32,000 nucleotides of DNA, taken from NCBI GenBank assembly GCA_030167145.1, contig CP126532.1:4950001-4982000 (forward strand), given 5' to 3'. This document shows, piece after piece, positions 16,411-24,988 of the stretch (position 1 is its first letter; each line of letters opens with the position of its first letter). The notes below the pieces were generated by a model, which did no database searches, was not told the DNA's origin, and saw nothing but the letters and a program-made list of their open reading frames with translations. The position numbers were made by a program, and so were the translations under genes. The DNA comes from Ktedonobacterales bacterium (GTDB lineage Bacteria; Chloroflexota; Ktedonobacteria; Ktedonobacterales; JADMIN01).

Positions 16411-18630
16411 TTATGCTGATTCGCGCGGCTCCAACGCCGCCAATGGCGAGCCACGAAGCCGCTCGGCGAGGCCAGTGTTGCGCGCCGCGAGCGCATTGTT
16501 CTCAACCGCGCGCCGCAACGCACGTGGATCGCCCACAACGACGCACAACCGCCGTGCGCGGGTAATCGCCGTGTAGAGCAGATTGCGCTGCAAGAGTAGA
16601 TAATGCTGGTTCACCAGCGGCAGCACCACACAGGGATACTCACTGCCCTGGGCGCGGTGAATGCTGCATGCGTAAGCCAGAGCCAATTCGTCTAGTTCGT
16701 GCGGCTCATAGGTGACGGTGACACCACCCGCCTCATCAGCAAAGTGGACGGCCACCTGACTGGTGTCGCGCGCAATCTCCACGATCCGCCCCACATCGCC
16801 ATTGAAAATGCCGGTTGGGCCTTTGTCGTAGTTGTTGCGCACTTGCATCACCTTGTCGCCGGGGCGCAAGGTATGCTCGCCATAGGCGACTGAGACCTCA
16901 GCATGCGGATTCAGCCGTGCCTGAAGCGCGCTATTGAGCGCAATGACGCCCGCGTGGCCGCGATACATCGGCGCGAGCACCTGGATGTCCCGCACCGGGT
17001 CGAAGCCATAGCGTGCGGGCAGGCGCCGCCCTACGAGGTCCACGATCAAGCGCTGCGCGGCAGCGGGATCGTCAGCGCGCAGAAAGAAGAAGTCACCCGT
17101 TGGATCCGGCTGAAGCGACGGCACACGCCCCTCGTTGACACCGTGCGCTGTGACGATGATTGCGCTCTCGCGTGCCTGGCGGAAGAGTTCAGTCAGCCGC
17201 ACCGCAGGTACGGCTTCGCTCGCCAGAATGTCGGCGAACACGCTCCCCGGCCCCACAGATGGCAATTGATCGGCGTCGCCCACCAGCAGCACGTGCGCTT
17301 CAGCGCGCAGCGCCTTCACCAAGCGGTACGCAAGCAGCAGATCGAGCATCGAGACTTCGTCCACGATGATGAAACTCTGTGGCAGGGGACGGTGCTCGTT
17401 ATAGGCGAAGTCATTGGCGCTCGGCAAGAACTCCAGCAGGCGGTGCAGCGTCTTTGCCGGGCGGCCCGTCGCCTCGGTCATGCGTTTGGCGGCGCGGCCC
17501 GTAGGTGCGGCCAGCGCATAGGCGACGCCCTGGCGGTCGAGCGTGTCAAGCAGCGCGCGGATCGCGGTGGTCTTGCCGACGCCTGGGCCGCCGGTCAGCA
17601 CCGATACCTTCGCGCAGTACGCCACGCGCACCGCTTCTTTCTGGCGCTCAGCCAGGTGCAGGTTCAGGTCATGCTCCAGTGCGGTGAACGTGTCATTCCA
17701 GGCGCGTTCGGCGATGGACGGCAGGTCGCTTGGTGCTTTCAACATCACGCGCAGGCGGCGCGCAGTGCCGCTCTCCGCATAGAAGAATGGTGCGAGATAG
17801 ACATGATCCTCTTCGACAAATGCCTCTTTCTCTGCCACCAACTGCATCAGCGCTGATTCCAGGGCATCGGCCGGCGCATCCAGCAGCGCGGCGGCGCGAA
17901 TGAACAACTCCTCGCGCGGCAGATAGCAATGGCCATCGCTATTTGCGACTTCGGAGAGCACATGCTTGATGCCAGTCATGTAGCGCGGCTGCGAGTCGCG
18001 TGGCAGGCCCAGTTTGACGGCGAGCGCATCGGCGGTCCTGAAGCCGATACCATGTACGTCGCGTTCCAGGGTGTAGGGTGTCTCGCGTACTACTTTGATC
18101 GAGTCTTTGCCATACTGGCGGTAAATCTTGGTGGCCAGCGCAGGCGAAACCTCGTGCTCCTGCAGAAAGATCATCAGATCGCGGACGCCTTGCTGCTCTG
18201 CCCAGCCCCGCACGATCAACTCACGTTTGGCGACGCTGATTCCTTTCACCTCGGCCAGCCGCTCAGGCTCCAACTCGATCACCGCCAACGTCTGTTCACC
18301 GAAATGCTCGACGATGCGCTCAGCAGTCTTCGGCCCGACCCCCTTGATGACGCCGGAACCGAGATACCGCCGCAATCCAGTGGCTGTGACGGGCGCATGC
18401 GACGTGAACGATTTCACGCGGAGATGCCGCCCATGCTGCGGATGCAGTTCCCATTCGCCAGTGACTTCGATCAGTTCGCCCGCGCTTACCCCAGGCAATG
18501 CGCCAACCAGCGTCACGAGGTCATCACGAAAGAGCCGCCCGCTATCATTCAGTCGCAGGCGGGCAACCGTAAACTGCGTCTCCTGGTTGCGGAAGACGAT
18601 GCGCTCAAGCGTGCCGGGAAGTGTGGGCAT
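16411..18630 (-). CDS. recD2: RecD2-like SF1 ATP-dependent DNA helicase (RecD/TraA family)
   Basis: Walker A 'TGGPGVGKTT', Walker B 'IIVDEVSMLD', 'LLVGDADQLPSVGPG', C-terminal 'AYACSIHRAQGSEYPCVV', and N-terminal OB plus HhH region 'IKGVGPKTAERIVEHFG'. Start is ATG 18630 or TTG 18645. Confidence 0.9.
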   Translation of the reverse strand: MPTLPGTLERIVFRNQETQFTVARLRLNDSGRLFRDDLVTLVGALPGVSAGELIEVTGEWELHPQHGRHLRVKSFTSHAPVTATGLRRYLGSGVIKGVGPKTAERIVEHFGEQTLAVIELEPERLAEVKGISVAKRELIVRGWAEQQGVRDLMIFLQEHEVSPALATKIYRQYGKDSIKVVRETPYTLERDVHGIGFRTADALAVKLGLPRDSQPRYMTGIKHVLSEVANSDGHCYLPREELFIRAAALLDAPADALESALMQLVAEKEAFVEEDHVYLAPFFYAESGTARRLRVMLKAPSDLPSIAERAWNDTFTALEHDLNLHLAERQKEAVRVAYCAKVSVLTGGPGVGKTTAIRALLDTLDRQGVAYALAAPTGRAAKRMTEATGRPAKTLHRLLEFLPSANDFAYNEHRPLPQSFIIVDEVSMLDLLLAYRLVKALRAEAHVLLVGDADQLPSVGPGSVFADILASEAVPAVRLTELFRQARESAIIVTAHGVNEGRVPSLQPDPTGDFFFLRADDPAAAQRLIVDLVGRRLPARYGFDPVRDIQVLAPMYRGHAGVIALNSALQARLNPHAEVSVAYGEHTLRPGDKVMQVRNNYDKGPTGIFNGDVGRIVEIARDTSQVAVHFADEAGGVTVTYEPHELDELALAYACSIHRAQGSEYPCVVLPLVNQHYLLLQRNLLYTAITRARRLCVVVGDPRALRRAVENNALAARNTGLAERLRGSPLAALEPRESA

Positions 18631-18706
18631 GGGAAAATCTGGCAAGAAAGCAAACGCGACATGAACCTAACAGCATTGTACCACCGCCTCCGACGGGCAT
18701 GTGCTG

Positions 18707-19783
18707 CTAGCAGATCCAGTCCCGCGTCACAGCCTTCTTGCGGTTGCGTCGCTTGGGCGCCGCGCTGTTGAGGTAGGTGGAAGGCTGAGGCGCACGGGAC
18801 GGCGCTGCCGTATCGACCCCCACATCATCTCCTGCGCTGGCGTCATCTTCACGCGCCCAGGCTTCGAGCGCGGCACGCATCTCATCGGTAAGCTGCTTCT
18901 TCACTGAGCGCGCCGATGAGCGCTTGCGGTTGCGTCCCCGACCCTGCGCCGCCGCCCCCACGAGCACCAGTTCTGGCTTTGCGGCGGGCGTTCCCGCTGG
19001 CGGCGTGGGTGGCTGTCCTCGCGCCGGGCCAGCCGATGGCCGCGCTTGTGGCGGCATCGTTGGGCGCACCGGACCACCCGGACTCGCCGGTCCAGCCGTT
19101 GGCCTGGGCTGTGGCGCGAGAGTCGCGCGCACCGGCGCTTCGGCCACCGCAATCTCATCCGGCGCTCGCACCGCGCGCAATGAGGCCAACGTTGCCGGGC
19201 CAGGGGCGGCCAGCGCGATAGGCGCATATCCGCTGGTGATCCGCTGCCGCTGCTCCGCCGCTGTCAGCGCTGCGGCACTGATGGAATCCGCGCCACCGAG
19301 CGCCAGCGCTGCCTGCCGTGCTTGTTCCACCACCTCAACCGCGTGACGGCTCTTGCTCCATGCGAAGATCTGTGTCACTACACCAGCGATCAATATACTG
19401 GCGAGCGCCCCGCCCACAATGCTCAAAATCTCCGTGCCAAGCCAACCAAAGCGGCTCACCAGCCTCACCAGCCCACTGAGGCTAACCCCTGGCAATGCGG
19501 ATGCACCCGTGAGCGCCGCCACATTGCGTGGCCCGCTACTCAGCAGCATGGCAAGCGCCGCAGCACCCGCCAGCCCTGCAGACAGCGCGCCCGCCGCCAG
19601 CCCTGCCTGGAACTGCCGCCCGTACCAGCCGCGTGCCAGCCATTTTGCTGCCCCCAGGCCCGCAGCCGCACCTGCCAGCAACATGACCGCAACCACGCCA
19701 AGCGCAAGGTGAGGGGTGAGCGCCACCGCGAGTCCACCGGCGCAGACCCCGACTACACTCCCGACACGCACCACCGTCCGCAT
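18707..19783 (-). CDS. Hypothetical membrane protein with Pro/Ala-rich, basic C-terminal region
   Basis: ATG 19783 preceded by AAGGGGAGGGG. About four Gly/Ala-rich hydrophobic spans, then a low-complexity stretch containing two similar segments 'PQPRPTAGPA' and 'PQARPSAGPA', and a Lys/Arg-rich tail. No family recognised. Confidence 0.6.
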   Translation of the reverse strand: MRTVVRVGSVVGVCAGGLAVALTPHLALGVVAVMLLAGAAAGLGAAKWLARGWYGRQFQAGLAAGALSAGLAGAAALAMLLSSGPRNVAALTGASALPGVSLSGLVRLVSRFGWLGTEILSIVGGALASILIAGVVTQIFAWSKSRHAVEVVEQARQAALALGGADSISAAALTAAEQRQRITSGYAPIALAAPGPATLASLRAVRAPDEIAVAEAPVRATLAPQPRPTAGPASPGGPVRPTMPPQARPSAGPARGQPPTPPAGTPAAKPELVLVGAAAQGRGRNRKRSSARSVKKQLTDEMRAALEAWAREDDASAGDDVGVDTAAPSRAPQPSTYLNSAAPKRRNRKKAVTRDWIC

Positions 19784-19834
19784 GCCGCCCCTCCCCTTCT
19801 TGTGTGTCATGACCGGCGCGCGACCACCAGCGTG

Positions 19835-20977
19835 TTAGAGTTGCTTGGCGATGAGCATCCGCTGCACCTCGCTGGTGCCCTCGCCGATCTCATGCACCTT
19901 GACATTTCGCCAGTAGCGCGACACCGGATACTCGTCCATAAAGCCGTAGCCGCCGTGAATCTGCACCGCCTGGTCCGCCGCGCGCTTCGCCGTCTCAGAA
20001 GCGAACAATTTGGCCATCGAAGCTTCTTTGCCGAAAGGCTGGCCCTGCATGTGTAGCCATCCTGCTTTGTAATACATCAGGCGTGCGAGTTCAACCTCCA
20101 TAGCCATATCGGCCAGCTTGAACTGAATCGCTTGGAATGCGGCGATAGGCTTGCCAAATTGCCGTCGCTCGCGCGAATAGGCCAGCGCCTCGTCGTAACA
20201 TGCCTGCGCCAGGCCCACGCTCAGCGCGGCAATCGCCACTCGTCCCAGGTCGAGAATGTGCATGAACTGGCGGAAACCCTCGCCACGAGCGCCCAGCATA
20301 TTCTCCACTGGCACTTCGCAATCTTCGAAGGCCAGCGGGCGCGTATCGGAGGCGCGCCAGCCCATCTTATGGTAGGGATTGCCGATACTGTAACCGGGTG
20401 TGCCTTGCGGCACAATCAAGTTGGTAATCTCTTTATGCCCATCCGCCTGCCTGCCCGTGACAGCGGTAATCGTCACCCCGCCCGTCATCTCCGTGCCCGC
20501 ATTGGTGATGAAGTTCTTCGCGCCGTTGATGCGCCATGTGCCATCGTGCAGTTCCGCATGCGTCTCCGTCCCAGCGGAATCAGAACCCGCGCCCGGTTCA
20601 GTCAGGCCGAACGCCCACAATTGCTCGCCTGTGGCCAGCTTCGTCAAATATCGTTGCTTCTGCGCTTCACTGCCGAAGAGATGAAACGGTGTCGCGCCAA
20701 GTGAGGTGTGCGCTTCCATCGTAATGCCAACGGCAGCATCACCCCGCCCGATCTCCTCAAGGGCCAGGCAATACGAGAGAAAATCCGCACCCGCTCCACC
20801 ATATTCCTCTGGAAACGGCAGACCAAGCAAACCGAGGTTGCCCATCTTCCTGATGATCGCATAGGGAAACGCGCTGGTGCGGTCCATCTCTTCGGCGTGC
20901 GGTTTGATCTCATTCTCGGCGAAATCACGACACAAATCGCGTATCATTTGCTGCTCGGCGCTGAGCGTAAAGTCCAT
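19835..20977 (-). CDS. Acyl-CoA dehydrogenase (short/medium-chain type)
   Basis: 'FGLTEPGAGSDSAG', 'AKNFITNAG', 'QIHGGYGFMDEYPVSRYWRNVKVHEIGEGTSEVQR'. ATG 20977 with AAGGAG 7 nt upstream. Confidence 0.92.
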   Translation of the reverse strand: MDFTLSAEQQMIRDLCRDFAENEIKPHAEEMDRTSAFPYAIIRKMGNLGLLGLPFPEEYGGAGADFLSYCLALEEIGRGDAAVGITMEAHTSLGATPFHLFGSEAQKQRYLTKLATGEQLWAFGLTEPGAGSDSAGTETHAELHDGTWRINGAKNFITNAGTEMTGGVTITAVTGRQADGHKEITNLIVPQGTPGYSIGNPYHKMGWRASDTRPLAFEDCEVPVENMLGARGEGFRQFMHILDLGRVAIAALSVGLAQACYDEALAYSRERRQFGKPIAAFQAIQFKLADMAMEVELARLMYYKAGWLHMQGQPFGKEASMAKLFASETAKRAADQAVQIHGGYGFMDEYPVSRYWRNVKVHEIGEGTSEVQRMLIAKQL

Positions 20978-21013
20978 GGAGGCGCTCCTTAACATTGGCA
21001 AGATCAGGGCGCG

Positions 21014-21055
21014 CGTGAGCTACATTGCTCACGGCTGCTACGCCACAGCATTATA
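21014..21055 (-). promoter_or_regulatory. Candidate -10 element (TATAAT) and 5'-leader hairpin for the acyl-CoA dehydrogenase gene
   Basis: Minus strand carries a perfect TATAAT (21055-21050) about 70 nt upstream of ATG 20977, with no good -35. A 7-bp stem CGTGAGC / GCTCACG (21014-21033) lies in the predicted leader. Confidence 0.3.
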
Positions 21056-21186
21056 GCCTATCAGAGGGGTATAGGGCATTCGGGGGACTCACCGCCGCGT
21101 GATGCCAGTGCCATGCGTATACTGCAATGGTTGCTGAGCGAGCCACGTTGGCGATATCCAGCGCGCCGGGGAGGGAACAATCACCA

Positions 21187-22422
21187 ATGCAAACACTTAG
21201 TGACATCCAGGTTCTACCGCTCGACCTCCATGCGACACCCGCCGCCCATATCCTGGTAGCCGAGGCCGACGAGAGCATCGCCGGCACACTTGCCGCCATC
21301 CTCCGACACGATGGTTATGATGTGACCGTCGCGCACTCACTGGCCAGCGCGCTGGAACTCCTTCACAACGAGTCGTTTGCCCTGGTGCTGGCAGATGCAC
21401 AGTTGGAGGCGCATACCCAGAACACGACATCTCTGGCGAGCGCTATTTCGACCGATACCATGCTCATCACTCTTGCCCGGTTCTCAGCCCTGGACCGCGC
21501 ACTGCAAGCGCTGCGCTCTGGCGCGTATGCCTATCTCGTCAAACCGGTGGATGTCGAAGAACTGCGGCTGACCGTGCGCCGCGCGCTGGAACATCGCCGC
21601 CTCGAAGGTGACTTGGGTGCGCGTCAGCGTGAACTTGAAGATGCGCAAGATCAACTTCGCGGGCTGGACGAAGCGAACCAACGCTTACTCTATGCCCAGG
21701 AAGAACATGAACGCTTCGTGGCAATGGTGGCCCATGAGATGCGCGGCCCACTAAACCCTATTATCAATTATGCTCAACTGGCCAAGCGGTCTACTGTCAC
21801 GCAGCAGGCCCGCGACCACTATATGGATGTCATCGTCGAGCATGCCTTCCGCTTGAACCGTCTGGTAGACGACCTGCAAACGGCGACTCGACTCAGCACC
21901 GGTCACTTTACCCTCAAGCGCGAATTGTGCGATATAGCGGCTGCTGTGAGCGAAGAGGTAGATAATTTCAGCGCTACCGTCATGGAGCGTCACTTCCTGC
22001 TCGAACGCCCATCTGAGCCGATTTTGGCAGAGGTGGATCGTGATCGCATCGCCCAGGCCGTGCGCAACCTCGTAGACAATGCAGTGAAATATTCCTCCGA
22101 TGGCTCAGCCGTCGAACTCTCCGTCGGGTGCGATGACATGAATGTCTACATTCGCGTCCGCGACTACGGCGCCGGTATTCCCGAATCCGAGATGCGTCGC
22201 ATCTTCGAGGCCTTCACTCGTCTGAACAAAGCGACAGAAGTGCAGGGAAGCGGCCTCGGCCTCTTTATCACTCGTGGTATCGCTACCGCGCATGGTGGCC
22301 AGCTTACCGTCGAAAACGGGGTTGGCTCCGAACGTGCGCGGGGCGCGATCTTCACCCTCGTCTTGCCTTTGCGTATACCAGAAACCGAGTCGCAGACCGA
22401 GCCATCTGACGTTCACCTCTAG
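21187..22422 (+). CDS. Cytoplasmic hybrid sensor kinase: N-terminal receiver, HisKA, HATPase_c
   Basis: REC 'ILVAEADES...FALVLADAQL...YLVKP'. H-box 'VAHEMRGPLNPI', N-box 'VRNLVDNAVKYS', G1 'VRDYGAGIP', G2 'GSGLGLFITRGI'. No TM or recognisable sensory domain. ATG 21187 preceded by GGGAGGGA. Confidence 0.88.
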   Translation: MQTLSDIQVLPLDLHATPAAHILVAEADESIAGTLAAILRHDGYDVTVAHSLASALELLHNESFALVLADAQLEAHTQNTTSLASAISTDTMLITLARFSALDRALQALRSGAYAYLVKPVDVEELRLTVRRALEHRRLEGDLGARQRELEDAQDQLRGLDEANQRLLYAQEEHERFVAMVAHEMRGPLNPIINYAQLAKRSTVTQQARDHYMDVIVEHAFRLNRLVDDLQTATRLSTGHFTLKRELCDIAAAVSEEVDNFSATVMERHFLLERPSEPILAEVDRDRIAQAVRNLVDNAVKYSSDGSAVELSVGCDDMNVYIRVRDYGAGIPESEMRRIFEAFTRLNKATEVQGSGLGLFITRGIATAHGGQLTVENGVGSERARGAIFTLVLPLRIPETESQTEPSDVHL

Positions 22423-22464
22423 CACGTCAGCTCAGCACTACCGCACTCCATCAAGCGCCCAAAC

Positions 22465-22480
22465 TGGCACAAAAGTTGCT
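22465..22480 (+). promoter_or_regulatory. Sigma-54 (-24/-12) promoter upstream of the REC-only regulator gene
   Basis: CTGGCACA-AAAG-TTGCT: TGGCAC at 22465-22470 and TTGCT at 22476-22480, with exactly the consensus spacing TGGCAC-N5-TTGCW. It lies in the 130-nt gap between the kinase stop and ATG 22553. Predicted start is near 22491. Confidence 0.6.
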
Positions 22481-22552
22481 TCGCTCCCGCTGACTCCGCA
22501 GGGCGCGGAGTCAGCGACCGTGTAGCGTGGCACGCCTGCCAAATGGGAACAG

Positions 22553-22999
22553 ATGAAGATGAGTGAACGCATTGTAATCGTAGATGACGATACCGCCATC
22601 CTCGACACGCTGGCCGACTTTCTCAGCGGTGAAGGTCTCAGTCCCGTCACATTTCACGATGCGACCACAGCGTTGCGCTCCATCCTGGAGCTTCCGCCAC
22701 GGCTCGTGATTACTGACCTCTATATGCCGGCTAGCATCTCTGGTATGGAATTGATCACGCATCTTCGCGAAGCCTTTGGGATGGACTTGCCCATTTTTGC
22801 GATGAGCGCATCGCTCGGCAGAGACGCAATTGACGTCACCCTTATTCAGGAATACATCGCCAAACCGTTTGACCTGAAGGACCTTCTTGAGACTATCTAT
22901 AGGTGGGTGCGCCCAGACGCGACAGTCGGCGCACACAGCGCTGGCGCACAGGCCACCGCCAGGATGGGGAGGAAACGCTATGCAAGGCTGGGAGTATAG
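22553..22999 (+). CDS. Single-domain response regulator (receiver only)
   Basis: 'RIVIVDDDTAILDTL...RLVITDLYMP...IFAMSA...YIAKPF' contains all the conserved receiver residues. There is no output domain, only a basic tail of about 30 aa. Confidence 0.88.
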   Translation: MKMSERIVIVDDDTAILDTLADFLSGEGLSPVTFHDATTALRSILELPPRLVITDLYMPASISGMELITHLREAFGMDLPIFAMSASLGRDAIDVTLIQEYIAKPFDLKDLLETIYRWVRPDATVGAHSAGAQATARMGRKRYARLGV

Positions 23000-23213
23000 A
23001 GTCGCCTATGTGGATTTCCACGGCAGAGTGTCGGTAGAGGGGCAAGAAACGACCATCGGCGATGAGCGTAAGACGGCATTTGTACGGCGGACCCTGGATG
23101 ATCTTGGTCGTGAAGGATGGGAGTTGGCAGGCGTACAGCCCGTCAGCCCACACGGGGCATACTACGTATTTAAGCGCCCAACAACGGCGTCAAGCAGCGG
23201 TTCCACACCATAA
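22980..23213 (+). CDS. DUF4177-like small protein
   Basis: 'MQGWEYRVAYVDF...LDDLGREGWELAGVQP...YYVFKRP' matches my memory of the DUF4177 pattern (WEYK...GWELV...FKR). ATG 22980 is preceded by GGGGAGG and overlaps the regulator gene by 20 nt. Needs HMM confirmation. Confidence 0.6.
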   Translation: MQGWEYRVAYVDFHGRVSVEGQETTIGDERKTAFVRRTLDDLGREGWELAGVQPVSPHGAYYVFKRPTTASSSGSTP

Positions 23214-23443
23214 GGCTGGCAGTGCGATGGACGTGTGAATGGTTGCTCACGAGCCACCTGCGTGCAAGCGTCTGCTATCGGCATGCATCATCGTGGTAGA
23301 GTGAACACACATGTACGTCATCGCATGGTCGCTCATACGAAAAAAGCTACACAAGTGAAGGTGAAGACTGTTGACGCACGCGGGTCTTGCCCTTTATGTG
23401 GCGGGATGTGGTCGCGGCCAGTGCGATAGGGAAGGCGACAGCG

Positions 23444-24937
23444 ATGAAGAATATGGCACGAGACACCAACAGCGGGAAGGTGAATGGGCACGAAATCAGC
23501 AAACAAGGCACAACTAGCCACAGTGAGCGCCAACTCGTACTCGTCGGCGACGATGAGCAGGCGATTCGCGAGCCAATCGTCCAGTATCTTACCGATGTCG
23601 GATACGATGTAGTCGAGGCATCCAATGGCCAGGAGGCCCTCAAGCTCCTGACAAGCCCCGAAGATCAGCGGCCAGACATCGCCCTGCTCGATATCAGGAT
23701 GCCTGAGCCTGATGGTACACAGATCTTGCAGCGTATGCGCGATCAAGGCATCGAGACCCCGGTCATTATGATTACTAACCTGAAATCCAGCTCCACTACG
23801 ATCAAGGTGTCGGAACTTGGCGCCGTAGACTACATTCCCAAACCAGTGGAATTTGAATATCTGACTTCCGCGATTGAAAAGGCGCTCAGCTATGAAGCAT
23901 TGAAACGTGGTGAGGGGCCAGTTCTCGCCGTGCTGCCGAAGATAGACCCCTCGGAACGTATCGTCGGCAGTGATCTGGCAATGATCGAGATCTTCAAGAC
24001 CATCGGCCTCGTTGCCCGGAAACCTGAAACCGTGCTGGTCACTGGTGAGACTGGCACTGGCAAAGAGCTTTTGGCCGAAGCCATTCACACTAACTCACGA
24101 CGGACCGGTCCATTCGTGAAAGTGAACTGTGTCGGCATAGCCGAGACCCTCATCGAGGATGCGCTATTCGGCCATGAGAAAGGCGCATATACCAACGCGC
24201 TCACCATGCGCAAGGGCATGTTCGAACTTGCCAATAAAGGCACAATCTTCCTGGATGAAATAGGCAGCATGACGCCCAATTTACAAGTCAAACTGTTGCG
24301 CGTCTTGCAAGAGCGAGAATTTTATCGTGTCGGCGGGACCGAGCCGATCAAAGTAGACGTGCGTGTAGTGGCGGCAACCGATGCAAACCTGGCCGAAGAT
24401 ATGCCATCTGGCCGTTTTCTGCAACAACTGTATCACCGCCTCAACGTCGTCCGGCTACATCTTTCGCCACTACGCGAGCGCATGGACGATGTACCGGAGT
24501 TGGTGAGCCACTTCCTTGACAAGCATCGCGCCTCCCCAGTATCGCCTCCCGCGCGTATCACCCAGGAGGCAATGGACAAGTTGCTGAGCTATGACTGGCC
24601 GGGCAACGTCCGCGAGTTGGAGAGTTGCATCCAGCAGGCCATCGTCTACTGCCGTGGCAACATTATCACAGTTGACCAAATCGTCTTCTCCAAAGAACTG
24701 CGCCATCATGTGGTCAATGTGGAAAAGAAAGTTCGCGCACGCACCCCATTGGATGAGCTGTTGCGCGACATCAAGCGCGAAGCGATCCAGGTGGCGCTAC
24801 GGCTCACCCACAACGACATCGCGAAGGCGGCCACCCAGCTTGGTCTCACCGACGAGCAACTACGCGACGACCTTGCCGAGCTGCATCTGCGCTCCGAGGC
24901 CGAGCCAGTGGCGAGCCATAGCTACAGCCACCTGTAA
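23444..24937 (+). CDS. NtrC-type enhancer-binding protein: receiver, AAA+ sigma-54 interaction domain, Fis-type HTH
   Basis: REC 'LVLVGDDEQ...IALLDIRMP...YIPKP'. Walker A 'GETGTGKE', Walker B 'IFLDEIG', 'LQVKLLRVLQEREFYRVGG', 'WPGNVRELE'. C-terminal HTH 'NDIAKAATQLGLTDEQL'. The L1 loop reads GAYTNA instead of GAFTGA. Confidence 0.9.
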   Translation: MKNMARDTNSGKVNGHEISKQGTTSHSERQLVLVGDDEQAIREPIVQYLTDVGYDVVEASNGQEALKLLTSPEDQRPDIALLDIRMPEPDGTQILQRMRDQGIETPVIMITNLKSSSTTIKVSELGAVDYIPKPVEFEYLTSAIEKALSYEALKRGEGPVLAVLPKIDPSERIVGSDLAMIEIFKTIGLVARKPETVLVTGETGTGKELLAEAIHTNSRRTGPFVKVNCVGIAETLIEDALFGHEKGAYTNALTMRKGMFELANKGTIFLDEIGSMTPNLQVKLLRVLQEREFYRVGGTEPIKVDVRVVAATDANLAEDMPSGRFLQQLYHRLNVVRLHLSPLRERMDDVPELVSHFLDKHRASPVSPPARITQEAMDKLLSYDWPGNVRELESCIQQAIVYCRGNIITVDQIVFSKELRHHVVNVEKKVRARTPLDELLRDIKREAIQVALRLTHNDIAKAATQLGLTDEQLRDDLAELHLRSEAEPVASHSYSHL

Positions 24938-24956
24938 GAGTCGCTCCCCACTCCCA

Positions 24957-24988
24957 AAGAAGCGGCGCAGGCTACTGCGCCGCTTCTT
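24957..24988. terminator. Bidirectional hairpin between convergent genes
   Basis: 14-bp perfect stem AAGAAGCGGCGCAG / CTGCGCCGCTTCTT with loop GCTA, 20 nt after the activator stop. The loop contains the stop codon of the minus-strand small gene. No strong U-tract. Confidence 0.55.

Noticed and set aside
16903-18771. Two long plus-strand ORFs (317 aa and 280 aa) opposite recD2
   Set aside because: They are antisense to a helicase frame that carries every SF1 motif. Their composition is typical of GC-rich shadow frames.
22528-22542. Second TGGCAC motif (TGGCACGCCTGCCAA) just upstream of the regulator start codon
   Set aside because: The GC element sits 3 nt too close to the GG element and no TTGC is present. 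Sigma-54 promoters do not tolerate that spacing. The site at 22465-22480 fits instead.
23235-23429. 64-aa ORF and a TTGACG-N17-TTATGT promoter-like match between the DUF4177-like and activator genes
   Set aside because: The ORF has no RBS or motif and overlaps the activator's upstream region. The -10 is poor. The evidence is too weak to annotate either.
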